Positions 40,322-50,202 of a DNA stretch of 64,000 nt are shown here, piece by piece. Where the stretch lies: the NCBI GenBank assembly GCA_039815185.1, contig JBCBZT010000009.1, positions 137,244 through 201,243 of the forward strand. The letters are read 5' to 3'. Each line of letters starts with the position of its first letter. Positions within the stretch are counted from its first letter, which is position 1. Origin of the DNA: Cyanobacteria bacterium P01_A01_bin.123 (GTDB lineage Bacteria; Cyanobacteriota; Cyanobacteriia; Phormidesmidales; Phormidesmidaceae). A model generated the notes under the pieces. That model was not told where the DNA came from, did no database searches, and saw nothing but the letters and a program-made list of their open reading frames with translations. The position numbers were made by a program, and so were the translations under genes.

Positions 40322-43300
40322 CTAGCTGCGCTCTGTGCAGCGTTGCAGATAGAGGCGGGCAATTTCGTCATCAGGATTTTCATCTAGGCAGGCTTGAAAC
40401 CCTTCGGCAGCTTTGGTGTAATTGTGTTGGGTATATTGCAGCAATGCCATTTCAAAGCAAGAACGGGTGTTGACTTTCCCTAGGGCGATCGCTTTAGGAT
40501 CGGCATCAAACACTTCATAAACGCTGATTGCTGATGACCGTCCCCGCACGGCGACCCGATCTACCAGGCGAATGCAGTAATCATTCGAATCATCCAATTC
40601 TAAAAACGTTTGGCTGGAAATTAGCAGCGACGCCGCATACTCTTTGGTGAGCTGTTCAATCCGAGCCGCGACGTTAACGGTGTCGCTAATCACGGTGCCA
40701 TCCATGCGGCTAGCGCCCCCCACGGTACCGAGCATTAAATTGCCCGTGTTGATACCAATACCCAAGCGCACAGGGGCTAGGTCTTGGGCCAAACGTGACT
40801 GGTTAAAGCGGCTTAAGGTACGCAGCATACTGATGGCTGCCCGTAGCGCATCGTCGGCGCTGCCGTCAAACAAAGCCATAATGGCATCGCCAATGTATTT
40901 GTCGATAAAGCCACCGTGTTCGGTAATTGCAGGTTCCATGCGGGAGAGGAAGTCATTAATAAATTTGAAATTTTCCGCTGGCGTCATGGTTTCTGACATT
41001 GCCGTAAAGTTTCGAATATCGGCAAACAGCACCGACATTTTGCGCTGGGTTTGATCGCCGATTTTGACATCAACAATGCTGTCTTTATTTAACAGTTTTA
41101 GAAACTGGCTAGGCACAAACCGTTCGTAGGCTTGGTTGAGTTCTGCCAGGTTTTGGTTGAGCTTTTCTTGTTCGCGGTAGAGCAGAGCGTTTTCTAGGGA
41201 AATGGCGGCTTGGCCAGAGAGCAAATTCAAAATTTCTAGCCGTTGACCGGTAAAAGCCCCGGTGGTCAACCGATTTTCTAAATAAATAACGCCGCGCAAC
41301 TGGCCTTTATAAAGCAAGGGGGAGCAGAGAATGGATTTTGGTCTTTCTGCCAACACGTAGGGATCGTTAACAAACTGACCCTGAACAGTGGCGTTGTTAA
41401 GCATCACCGTTTGCTTGGTGCGCATCACATAATGGGCGATCGCGACAGAAAGCAGAGTCCCTAGCGTTTCCGACTCGAAGGGAATCTCTTGCAAAACCGT
41501 CATCGTTTCCGTGCCATCGGGTTCAATGCCCCGGGCTGCCTGTAACAGCCACTGATCGTCTTGCTGTAGGATGAGATAGCCAATTTGGGCCCCAGCATTT
41601 TCGACGGCCAGCTTGATCAGCTGTGACAGTAAGTTTTCCAGCACGATTTCATCGGCGATCGCTTGGGATGCTCGAATCACTGAGAGCAAATCAAAGTTTG
41701 CCGAGCCTGCGGTAGAAGATGCAGTTGAGGCCGTTATCGTTTCCCCAGCCAGCAACGGATCACGGAGGATGATGGCTTGGGAGAGCCACTGGGGATAGCG
41801 CATTTCCATCAGCCTGACTTTCGTCATGGCTCCCCAGCGGGCATAGGTGTGAAACGCATTGGTTAAATAGGTGATGCCAATGCGCTCATGACCCAGTTTG
41901 AGGTTGAGTTCCCCAGACAGTTCGTAGGCCATCGCCACCTCTTGCACATAGCCCTGTTGACTGGCTGCTTCAATAGCGGCGTTGTAGAGGGCCAGGGCAC
42001 GATCGTCGTTGCCCTGAACCCGAGCCAATTCTGCTGCCACTAAGTCGTATTTATGTTGATGATTCATCGGGGCATGATTAGCCCAATACTCTAGCTTTTG
42101 CTGGTTTTGGGTCACAATCTCTAGGGTTTGGGCTTGGCTAGTGGCGTCATCGCTGTTATAGCGCGCTAGGCGAATCAACGAATCATAAAAGTACAGCAGC
42201 GCCACTTCGCTCGCGGCCGTCACCCCTAATAAAACTTTGGCAGCTTCGGTGGCACTGGTGAGGGCAGCATCGTAGTTGCCCAGCCAGTAAGCCAGCATCA
42301 GCTTGTGCAAATGCAATTCATAGCACCCCAACAAATTGCCGGTTGCTTCATACTGAGTCAGGTTGGCGAATTCGTCATAATAGTCTCCTACCAATACCGT
42401 AGGCTGACTGGTTTCGTGGCTGAGGTTGACCACGACCTGGGTTTGCAGCGCAATCAAGTTAAGTGCTGCTGCCTGCTTAATTTGGGCAACGAATTGCTGA
42501 GCGTCTTGCAGCCGCCCCAACAGATCCGAAAGTTTGTAGCCGGTTAGATAGAGCAGATGGACATCGCGCCAGTAACACCAGGCCACAAATTCCCAATCCC
42601 CTGTTTCTAAGCCCAGCTGTAAGCTGGATTGAAACAACGGCAGACTTTCATGGGGATGGCACCGCCAAGGATTGATAAAGTTGGCGACCAAAAAAATCAC
42701 CCGATTTTTTAGGGCTTCACCCCCAGGCGCTTCGACCAAGGTTAGTGCAGCTTTCCCCAGTTGATAACCCATCTCAATATCCTGGGTGACGCCACACATC
42801 AATAGGCCATAGCTAGCGTAGGCAAAACTTGAGAGGGGGGCATTCCCTTGTGCTAAGGAAAGGCGCACCATGGCTGTGATTAACAACACATAGAGGTTGG
42901 GCCGGACAATGTAGGCCGATGAGGCCATCCGCCCCATGACCTGCATGGCTGTCAGGGCTTGCGGATCACTCATCTGGGGCAAATTGCCCAGGTCGGTAAT
43001 GTCACGGCTGGCCAAGAGTTGGGCCGTGGTGAACAATGCTTCGCCAACGGCTGCCTGGGTGGGAGTACCGGGCAGGTCGATACTGAACAGCTTGAGGGTT
43101 TCAAGGCCAATGGCGATCGCGTCGGCGAGCTGCTTTTGGGCAATCCGGGTTCGAATTTGAATGTCGTAGGCAGCTGCGCTGTCAAAATGGGACTGGGCCC
43201 GATGCAGTAGTTGCTGAGTTAAGCCATCACTGGCTTCAAAACGACCGGTCAAATAGGCCACTTCTGCCGCTTCTTGGTGAATTGCTAGGGTCAGGGGATA

Positions 43301-45694
43301 GTCTATATCCCAGTCTTGCTCAGTGATTAGGGCTAAGCCGCTATTGGTGTAGTTGAAGGCTGGATCATAGGCCGCTGCTCTTTTGGCCTTTTGGGCGGCT
43401 TCCAGGTTGAGCTGTATCAGGGTGGCCCGGTCGATGATTGTGCGTGCCACTGCCATCCCCGCATTAAGCTGGTTAACGACGTCAAAAATAACGTCTGATC
43501 GTCGCTCATCAGGGGTTTGAGCAAGCAATAACTGCCCTAGGCGGGCATGAATACTGGCCCGCTGATCCGCCGTCACAAGGGAATAAGCGGCCTGGTGTAC
43601 CCGATCGTGAAGAAACCGATAGATCCACTGGGTCGATGATAATGGCGCGTCCCGCAGGTCATCCTCAGTCAGGGCCATAGACGTTTGCACTTCAAAATTG
43701 ACGGGCAGGATCATGCTTTGCTGTAGCGCTGGCATTAGGGTGCGGGCCAAAGTTAGCGGGGACTCATCGGTCATCGTCGCCAGCATATTCAGCTCGAAGC
43801 GAGTACCGACACAGGCAGCGATCTTGAGGATTGCTTGGGTCTCAGGGGCCAGTCTTTTCAGATTGCTGACAATCAGGTCGATTAAATCTAAATCGGTGAT
43901 GCCGACCGTTTGAATTTGATCGAGATCCCATTGCCAGTGCCCCGCATCGAAGTCAAACCTTAACTGCCCTGCGTTGTAAAGGGTGGTGAGAATTTGGGTG
44001 ACAAAAAATGGATTGCCCTGGGTCTTTTGGTAAAGCAAATCAACGAGGACACCCAGCGCGACTGGATCGCTCTCGGGTAAGGCATCACTCACTAACGACA
44101 AGACGGCCTCTGGGGTCAAGGGAGCGACGGCCAAATCTACAGGGGCATAACCTTGAGCTGCGATCGCGTTTAAGGTCGCCACCAACGGATGCCCGAGGGA
44201 TACCTCATTGTCACGGTAAGCCCCAATCAGCAACAAATGGGTCTCTCCGTGGGGTAAGGTCATCTGTTCTAGTAGCTTTAGGGAAGCAATATCTGCCCAC
44301 TGCAAATCATCTAAAAAAATTACCAGTGGATGAGCTTTGCGAGCAAACACCTGCACCAGTTTGGCAAACAACCGCGTAAACCGATTTTGGGCTTCTAGCG
44401 GTGGCAAATCGGGCAAAGCAGGCTGGGAGCCAAGGATTAATTCTAAGGGTGGGATCACCGCTACAATTGCCTGGGCCGAGTTGCCCAAGGCCTTTAGGAT
44501 GTGGAGTCGCCACTGTTCAAGCTGGGCCGTTTTTTCGGTCAACAGCTGGTCAATTAGGGCCTCAAATGCTTGACGAATTGGGTGATAAGGAATATCTCGT
44601 TTGAGCGGATCTCCCTTACCAACAATAAAGTAACCGCGCTGACGAGTCACTGGAATTTGAATTTCATTCACCAGGGATGATTTGCCAATACCCGAGTAGC
44701 CCTTCACAGTCACGACTTCGATGTGGCCTGTTTCACCCGCCTGACTCACGCGTTCAAAACTTTCCAGTAGGGCCTGCACCTCCTGTTGACGACCATAGAG
44801 CTTTTGGGCAATCCGCAGCTGACCCGATCGATCCTGCTGACCAATGGCAAAGCGGTCAATGTCGCCCTGGCTTTCCCATTGGCTGCGACAGCGTTCTAAA
44901 TCTGCTTTGAGGCCGAAGGCACTCTGATAGCGGTCTTCAGCATTTTTGGCCAGCAGTTTATGGACAATATCGTGAATCACCGGAGGAATGCCAGGGGCTA
45001 ACTCCGCCAGCGATCGCGGTTGTTTAGCCAAATGACAATGTACCAGTTCAATCGGATCCTGGGTTTCAAACGGACGCCGCCCGGTGAGTAATTCGTAGAA
45101 GGTTACCCCCAACGAGTAAAAATCAGTGCGATAGTCCAGACTGCGGTTCATCCGCCCTGTTTGTTCGGGAGACATGTAAGGCAGGGTGCCCTGGAGGTGA
45201 TGGGGGGTGGTGACGGTCTTGTCTTCCCGAGCCAAAATTGACGAAATGCCAAAATCAGTAATTTTGACCCGTCCCGTTTGCCTATCTAGGATAATATTGG
45301 CCGGTTTCAAGTCCTTGTGAATCACCTTGTGGCTATGGAGATGGCCTAGGGTATCTGAAAGTTGCACGGCAATCTTGAGAAATTCAGTCAGCGTGGGTAA
45401 TCGTTTCCCTAGGCTTTCTTTCAGCGATTCATGGCCGAATGCCTCTAAAATCAGCGCCAACCCATTGTGATATTTCTCTAACCCATAGGCCCGAACAATC
45501 CCGTCAATGTTTAACTCACTGACCAGCTGATATTCATGGCGGAGCCTGGCAATATCGTTGAGATCGGGGTATTGGTCTTTGAGTAGCTTAACCACCACCG
45601 GCAAGTTGTCGGCTTGCCGCACACCCCGGTACACATCGACCTTAGGCCCACGATAAATAACGTCAGTAATGGCATAGTTCGGTAGGTCGAGCAT
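40322..45694 (-). CDS. Ser/Thr kinase - AAA ATPase - GAF - class III adenylate cyclase multidomain protein
   Basis: IHKDLKPAN, DFG, YMSPEQTGR; GYSGIGKS, FLDDLQWAD, FLHDRV; GAF SILCSPL; FADIRNFT, DKYIGDA, TVISDTVNVAARIE; ATG at 45694. Confidence 0.93.
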   Translation of the reverse strand: MLDLPNYAITDVIYRGPKVDVYRGVRQADNLPVVVKLLKDQYPDLNDIARLRHEYQLVSELNIDGIVRAYGLEKYHNGLALILEAFGHESLKESLGKRLPTLTEFLKIAVQLSDTLGHLHSHKVIHKDLKPANIILDRQTGRVKITDFGISSILAREDKTVTTPHHLQGTLPYMSPEQTGRMNRSLDYRTDFYSLGVTFYELLTGRRPFETQDPIELVHCHLAKQPRSLAELAPGIPPVIHDIVHKLLAKNAEDRYQSAFGLKADLERCRSQWESQGDIDRFAIGQQDRSGQLRIAQKLYGRQQEVQALLESFERVSQAGETGHIEVVTVKGYSGIGKSSLVNEIQIPVTRQRGYFIVGKGDPLKRDIPYHPIRQAFEALIDQLLTEKTAQLEQWRLHILKALGNSAQAIVAVIPPLELILGSQPALPDLPPLEAQNRFTRLFAKLVQVFARKAHPLVIFLDDLQWADIASLKLLEQMTLPHGETHLLLIGAYRDNEVSLGHPLVATLNAIAAQGYAPVDLAVAPLTPEAVLSLVSDALPESDPVALGVLVDLLYQKTQGNPFFVTQILTTLYNAGQLRFDFDAGHWQWDLDQIQTVGITDLDLIDLIVSNLKRLAPETQAILKIAACVGTRFELNMLATMTDESPLTLARTLMPALQQSMILPVNFEVQTSMALTEDDLRDAPLSSTQWIYRFLHDRVHQAAYSLVTADQRASIHARLGQLLLAQTPDERRSDVIFDVVNQLNAGMAVARTIIDRATLIQLNLEAAQKAKRAAAYDPAFNYTNSGLALITEQDWDIDYPLTLAIHQEAAEVAYLTGRFEASDGLTQQLLHRAQSHFDSAAAYDIQIRTRIAQKQLADAIAIGLETLKLFSIDLPGTPTQAAVGEALFTTAQLLASRDITDLGNLPQMSDPQALTAMQVMGRMASSAYIVRPNLYVLLITAMVRLSLAQGNAPLSSFAYASYGLLMCGVTQDIEMGYQLGKAALTLVEAPGGEALKNRVIFLVANFINPWRCHPHESLPLFQSSLQLGLETGDWEFVAWCYWRDVHLLYLTGYKLSDLLGRLQDAQQFVAQIKQAAALNLIALQTQVVVNLSHETSQPTVLVGDYYDEFANLTQYEATGNLLGCYELHLHKLMLAYWLGNYDAALTSATEAAKVLLGVTAASEVALLYFYDSLIRLARYNSDDATSQAQTLEIVTQNQQKLEYWANHAPMNHQHKYDLVAAELARVQGNDDRALALYNAAIEAASQQGYVQEVAMAYELSGELNLKLGHERIGITYLTNAFHTYARWGAMTKVRLMEMRYPQWLSQAIILRDPLLAGETITASTASSTAGSANFDLLSVIRASQAIADEIVLENLLSQLIKLAVENAGAQIGYLILQQDDQWLLQAARGIEPDGTETMTVLQEIPFESETLGTLLSVAIAHYVMRTKQTVMLNNATVQGQFVNDPYVLAERPKSILCSPLLYKGQLRGVIYLENRLTTGAFTGQRLEILNLLSGQAAISLENALLYREQEKLNQNLAELNQAYERFVPSQFLKLLNKDSIVDVKIGDQTQRKMSVLFADIRNFTAMSETMTPAENFKFINDFLSRMEPAITEHGGFIDKYIGDAIMALFDGSADDALRAAISMLRTLSRFNQSRLAQDLAPVRLGIGINTGNLMLGTVGGASRMDGTVISDTVNVAARIEQLTKEYAASLLISSQTFLELDDSNDYCIRLVDRVAVRGRSSAISVYEVFDADPKAIALGKVNTRSCFEMALLQYTQHNYTKAAEGFQACLDENPDDEIARLYLQRCTERS

Positions 45695-45732
45695 AGGGGC
45701 TGGAAGCAATCCCAAATAGGTAACAGACCTCA

Positions 45733-45812
45733 GTCACATCCCGATCGATAATTTTCTCAGTAGGGTTGCAGAGCTTTGCGACCCGACTCAAGTTTTCAAA
45801 TTGGATGTGGTT
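45733..45812 (-). repeat. Dispersed element family A (80 bp, GTAG-hairpin core)
   Basis: Reverse complement AACCACATCCAATTTGAAAACTTGA-GTCGGGTCGCAAAGCTCTGCAACCCTAC-TGAGAAAATTATCGATCGGGATGTGAC aligns end-to-end with 59627-59706. Confidence 0.8.
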
Positions 45813-45944
45813 CAACCGCTCAGTTGGCGAGGTGATTTCTTTCAGATATCCTTTGCTTCGCCCAAGCCCGGTTGCAGAATTTGGTGGTCAAAACGTAGAG
45901 TTATTAACCCTTGACAAATGATAAACCTGTTTACTGGATTAGGT

Positions 45945-48266
45945 TTATAACCGTTTACCCAAAATCCAAGAGTCGCCTTCTCCAATGATAGTTTTGCCAT
46001 AGGTGAGATCAAACTCGCGCTTCAGGATAGCGCGGGCTGCTTGCATACTCGACATGACCGTTGCCTCAATACAGCCTGCATTGTAAGTGTTATCGATCCA
46101 GTCCCCGGTGAGGTAAAGATGGTCAAAGCCCGATTCGTCGGTTTTGAGCCGAAAGACACCGCTACCCGGCACAGCCATCACGTAGCGTTCTGTGGGAAAG
46201 ATATTAATTCGCCAGTATTGAGATTGGAAACGCTCCTCCAATCCAGTTTGGTTGGCGGTGAGGTCAACCAAACGCTGAGGATCTAACCCTTCTGGGTTAT
46301 CAATCAGCGTGCTATTGGGCCATAGGGTCCCGATATCATTTCTCAAAAACTGGAGTGTACGGGCATCGACCTCAGCCTGAGCTTGGGCTGGGAAGCCTAG
46401 CTGATCTTGGGGTGGAATCCCAGGATCGGCAATCACGCCAGTGAAATAGGCCAGGTTATGGGGGGTGTTGTCGACCGGCCAATTTTCAAGCGGCAGCAAA
46501 TGGGCCATATCAGAATAAGTATCTAGCGGCTCCACATAGGATCCCACGACGGCGCTGGCAAAGGGCCATCCCAACTGGGTTAAGGTTGGGGTGAGCCAAA
46601 GCTGTCCCCCCTGAGTGGGTACGGTTTTAACATTGTCAAACATGGCTTGCCACTTGGGTTGCGCTGCGGCCAATTCGCCACAGATAAATGGCAGTGCTGC
46701 TAGAGAAATGCCTAGCACGACAATATCGAAGTCTTCTCCTGCCTTGAGAGAAAGGATTTCTACGTCTTCCCAATCCGACCAAAAAGATTCCAAGTTAATC
46801 TTGTCAGCTTTGAGGGTGTCCCCTTCCACCAATTGTTCGTAGCGGGGAGAACTGGGCCAGCACAGCAATCCCTTCACAGCAATCAGCGGGTCATACGCTT
46901 GGCTAGGGTCTTTCAGCGTCACCTGTCGCCCCAGCACAATTTCACCAACGGCACTTTGGTCATTGTTGAGGCCCAAATGCTTCACGCGGTGGAAGAATTC
47001 GAACTTAACGCCACGATTTTTGAGAACCTGGTAAATCGGGGTGAACACCACATCTCCCATACCCCCCTGCATCTTCCACATGATCGAGCCGTTGTACTGA
47101 AAGATCACCGTGGCCATAATGCGGATGGCAACCCCAGCGGCAAGTTGGGGATTGGTGATATCTCCTTTGGGGAAGGAATAAACCAAATCATAGAGGACGC
47201 GAACAAAGGCCGATTGCAACGTCGTGTTTCGAGCCCCGTGCTTGAAGAGCCAGTCACGATAATCTAGATGATCGATTGCGGCCAAGTTGCCGCTATAGAC
47301 GATGCCATCGACAAACAGTCCGCGAATATTGGCCAGGGCTAGATCAATCAGAGCTAACCGCCAGCGACCTTCGTAGACTTCTTCGGTGTCTGGGGTTTGT
47401 CGCCGCTGTAAACGACTGGCAAAGCGATCGAGCAGGTTAATCAACAGGCTGTGTTGGTCGTCTTGGTGCAGGCTAGGGTTTTCGGGCAAAGCTTCCACCA
47501 ACTGCATGGCCAAGTTAATAAATAGAGATTCCCCGCTGGGGTCAACCTCCATCAGATTGTCGGGATGTTCTACCACATCGGCCAGCCAGGACTGCCAGCG
47601 GCGAGGGGCTTGCACTAGCGATCGCAGCAAATCAGCCGGTAACCGAAAGAACGCATCATCAAAGATGATTTCAAACAGCTCTTGACTCACATCAAAAGCT
47701 TCTGACAGTTTGGCCAAAATGGGCGGAAAACCGGCGGGTTGCCGAGCCTGAATATCTTGCTGCACTTTGCGATAGTCGAGATACAGCTCAAAGACGAATT
47801 GCAGTGTGGTGTAAATGTGGCTCCAGAGGGAGAAGTTGGCCCCCCCTTCCCATGGCTTCAACCGATTGGTGGGGAAGTCGAGTTCAATTGGGTTCCAGTT
47901 TCCTTCGGCATACTCTTGCAACACAATCAAATCATGGGGCTTAAAGGCATCTTCGACTGTGTTATGGGGGCCGTCACCCCCCATTTCGTCATAGCACTCT
48001 TTCATCACCCGGAAGGCATTTTCATAGAACCCAAAGAAGATATGCAGACCGTGTTCTTCAATCCGATAGGTTGGTTCGGTGTGGCCTTCGGGAATGGTCA
48101 TATTGCGACCACTGGCCCCTTTGCCGCCCAATCGCCATCCCAGTTGGTAAACCGTGATGTCGTAGAGGCTATCCCATCCGGGGTGGCTGGTGAGTTCAAG
48201 GGCGGTGGTAAGGGAGGCCATGCCGCCGCCGAGGACGGCGATTTTTTTGCGGGTGGTGTGGGTCAT
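45945..48266 (-). CDS. Uncharacterised FAD/NAD(P)-binding oxidoreductase (amine-oxidase/desaturase-like superfamily)
   Basis: KIAVLGGGMA Rossmann, RLGGKGAS, EEHGLHIFFGFYENAF, LYLTGDW...GCIEATVMS. Confidence 0.88.
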   Translation of the reverse strand: MTHTTRKKIAVLGGGMASLTTALELTSHPGWDSLYDITVYQLGWRLGGKGASGRNMTIPEGHTEPTYRIEEHGLHIFFGFYENAFRVMKECYDEMGGDGPHNTVEDAFKPHDLIVLQEYAEGNWNPIELDFPTNRLKPWEGGANFSLWSHIYTTLQFVFELYLDYRKVQQDIQARQPAGFPPILAKLSEAFDVSQELFEIIFDDAFFRLPADLLRSLVQAPRRWQSWLADVVEHPDNLMEVDPSGESLFINLAMQLVEALPENPSLHQDDQHSLLINLLDRFASRLQRRQTPDTEEVYEGRWRLALIDLALANIRGLFVDGIVYSGNLAAIDHLDYRDWLFKHGARNTTLQSAFVRVLYDLVYSFPKGDITNPQLAAGVAIRIMATVIFQYNGSIMWKMQGGMGDVVFTPIYQVLKNRGVKFEFFHRVKHLGLNNDQSAVGEIVLGRQVTLKDPSQAYDPLIAVKGLLCWPSSPRYEQLVEGDTLKADKINLESFWSDWEDVEILSLKAGEDFDIVVLGISLAALPFICGELAAAQPKWQAMFDNVKTVPTQGGQLWLTPTLTQLGWPFASAVVGSYVEPLDTYSDMAHLLPLENWPVDNTPHNLAYFTGVIADPGIPPQDQLGFPAQAQAEVDARTLQFLRNDIGTLWPNSTLIDNPEGLDPQRLVDLTANQTGLEERFQSQYWRINIFPTERYVMAVPGSGVFRLKTDESGFDHLYLTGDWIDNTYNAGCIEATVMSSMQAARAILKREFDLTYGKTIIGEGDSWILGKRL

Positions 48267-48517
48267 GGTGAGTGTGAAGGAGGGTAGGGGAGCGGGTAGG
48301 GCGGAGGTGGGGAGTAGGTAGGGTGGTGTGTTAGAGGGGAGAGTGTAGGGGGCAGAGGGGGGGTAAGGTGAATTTGGTGGTGTTAATTTGTGGGTTCGAT
48401 TATCTTGGTTGCGCCTTGGCCAAATTTAGAAGTAATCAAGGGAAGTATCAAGCTCTAGAAAAGGCGAGCAAGATGCTTGCACTCAACACAGAATGCTGAA
48501 CCCATCCAGGAGTTTGA

Positions 48518-48549
48518 TCTCCCCATCTCCCCATCTCCCCATCTCCCCC
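48518..48549. repeat. Octamer tandem repeat
   Basis: ATCTCCCC x4. Confidence 0.85.
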
Positions 48550-48565
48550 AATCCAGACCAGGCGA

Positions 48566-49798
48566 TTAAGGATTTTCCCAAATCACTTTGGCATTGCCGC
48601 TGCTGAAGTCGAAGTTAACCCAAAAGGCAAATTCGACGGGGATACGATCTACTTCGCCCCCCTGAACATTGGCGTCTTTTACGGTCAGACCGAGGGTTTC
48701 GACGAGGGGGTGGCTGGCGAATTTGCCGATTTCAACCACGAAGGGAGTACCCAGGGATTCGGTGCCTAAAATGCCGCCAGCATGGAATTGGGTGAGGTTG
48801 AAGGGAAATTCTAAAATGCCCTGGTAGCAGGCTTTGGTGCCGATGGTGCCATCGCGGAATTGCTTTAGGGTGACGGCGGGGACTTCAAAATTGAGTAGGT
48901 AGTCGGCCAGATTAAAAGGGAGTTGCCAACCGGGGATTTCAAATGTGCTGGGGTCGTTAATTAAGACTTTGACCAGGGCTTGGCCGACATCTTGGAAACT
49001 CTGCCACGGCTTGATGGTGACGGGATCAGTGGCCCGCACTTCGATCAGCTTTTCCCACTGGGCTCCGGTTTGGGGAGAGAGCGTTTTCCAGGTGAGGGTG
49101 TGTAGGATGGCGGGTTGTTGCAGGTTTTCGAGATCGGGCATTTGAAACCCGCCGAGGGCTTTGGGAATGCCGTAGACTTCTCGCCCGGAGGCCATCACGG
49201 GAGAGTTATCGACAAAGATATAGGGAATGAACCAGGCGAGACGTTCAACTCGAAAGAGGGGGCCAACTTTTTTGCCGACTAGGGTGAGGATCCAGATGGC
49301 GGCTTCGTCTTCGCCGACAAAGCCCCGCTGACTATCGGGTGGATCGGTGGAGCTGATCTGGTCGATTCGATCGAAGGTGAGCAGGATATAGGGAATGGCT
49401 GCTTGGTAGTGTACGTTACCTTGGGCTGGGGTATTGAGGAATTTGTCGCAGAGCTGTTGCAGTTTGGGCAGTGCCCCTTCTAAGACGTAGCCGTAGAGGT
49501 TGGTGCCTTTGAGCGTGTAGGGTTGGGCGAAGGTTTGGTCGCTAGGATTTGAGATGTAGTCAGGCAGGGATGTGCGCGATCGCGTCCCGCAGCCCCCTGC
49601 AAAAGCAGATTGTAAGTCTTGGGCAATGACGCTGCCCGCTTGCGTTAAATGGGTGATTAATTGTTGGGGATCGGTGCGGAGTTGGGTGAGCTGTTCGTCA
49701 AGGCGGGCTGGGTTAGTCAGCAGTTCTTTGAGATTATGAGTGGCTCCCAAAGCGAGGTGTAGCCCGGTTTCAAACGAGGGAAAGGGGGATTGGCTCAT
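48566..49798 (-). CDS. Acetoacetate-decarboxylase-fold protein
   Basis: PYIFVDN...SGREVYGIPK (ADC-family GRExxGxPK Schiff-base Lys motif), LKQFRD, SHPL. Confidence 0.78.
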   Translation of the reverse strand: MSQSPFPSFETGLHLALGATHNLKELLTNPARLDEQLTQLRTDPQQLITHLTQAGSVIAQDLQSAFAGGCGTRSRTSLPDYISNPSDQTFAQPYTLKGTNLYGYVLEGALPKLQQLCDKFLNTPAQGNVHYQAAIPYILLTFDRIDQISSTDPPDSQRGFVGEDEAAIWILTLVGKKVGPLFRVERLAWFIPYIFVDNSPVMASGREVYGIPKALGGFQMPDLENLQQPAILHTLTWKTLSPQTGAQWEKLIEVRATDPVTIKPWQSFQDVGQALVKVLINDPSTFEIPGWQLPFNLADYLLNFEVPAVTLKQFRDGTIGTKACYQGILEFPFNLTQFHAGGILGTESLGTPFVVEIGKFASHPLVETLGLTVKDANVQGGEVDRIPVEFAFWVNFDFSSGNAKVIWENP

Positions 49799-50002
49799 GG
49801 GGATTGAGAGAAGTGGAATGCCGTACAGGATGCCGACACCGCTATTTTAGTTGCTGGGGTTTAGTGATGCCGCTGATCCCTAGGGGTAATTTTTATTCTT
49901 TGAGACTTAATTGTGCTGTGGCTGCTTGCACCCCATTCCCCCCAACTCTTGAGCCCCTCATACAACCCATCCAGCAGCGTCAAAACTGTGGCCTTTTCCT
50001 CA

Positions 50003-50108
50003 TATAGCACTGGCCAGATTGCTTAATGCACCGAGTATCGCCAGGGTGCTTAGTCCACAAGCAATCTGGCTCGCGGTAGCGCACAAAGCTTTGTGGCTAC
50101 CGCCATAG
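50003..50108 (+). repeat. Dispersed element family B, copy 2
   Basis: TATAGCACTGGCCAGATTGCTTAATGCACCGAGTATCGCC...GCAATCTGGCTCGC...GGCTACCGCCATAG. Confidence 0.8.
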
Positions 50109-50110
50109 CT

Positions 50111-50179
50111 CAGAAACCGGGTTCCTGATCAAAGCATCTGGCAAAGCCGTCAGACCCGATCAAAGAAACCCGGTTTCTG
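50111..50179. repeat. Short element with 13-bp terminal inverted repeats
   Basis: CAGAAACCGGGTT ... AACCCGGTTTCTG. Confidence 0.7.
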
Positions 50180-50202
50180 GGAGCGTCGCTTCTGGGAGGA
50201 TT

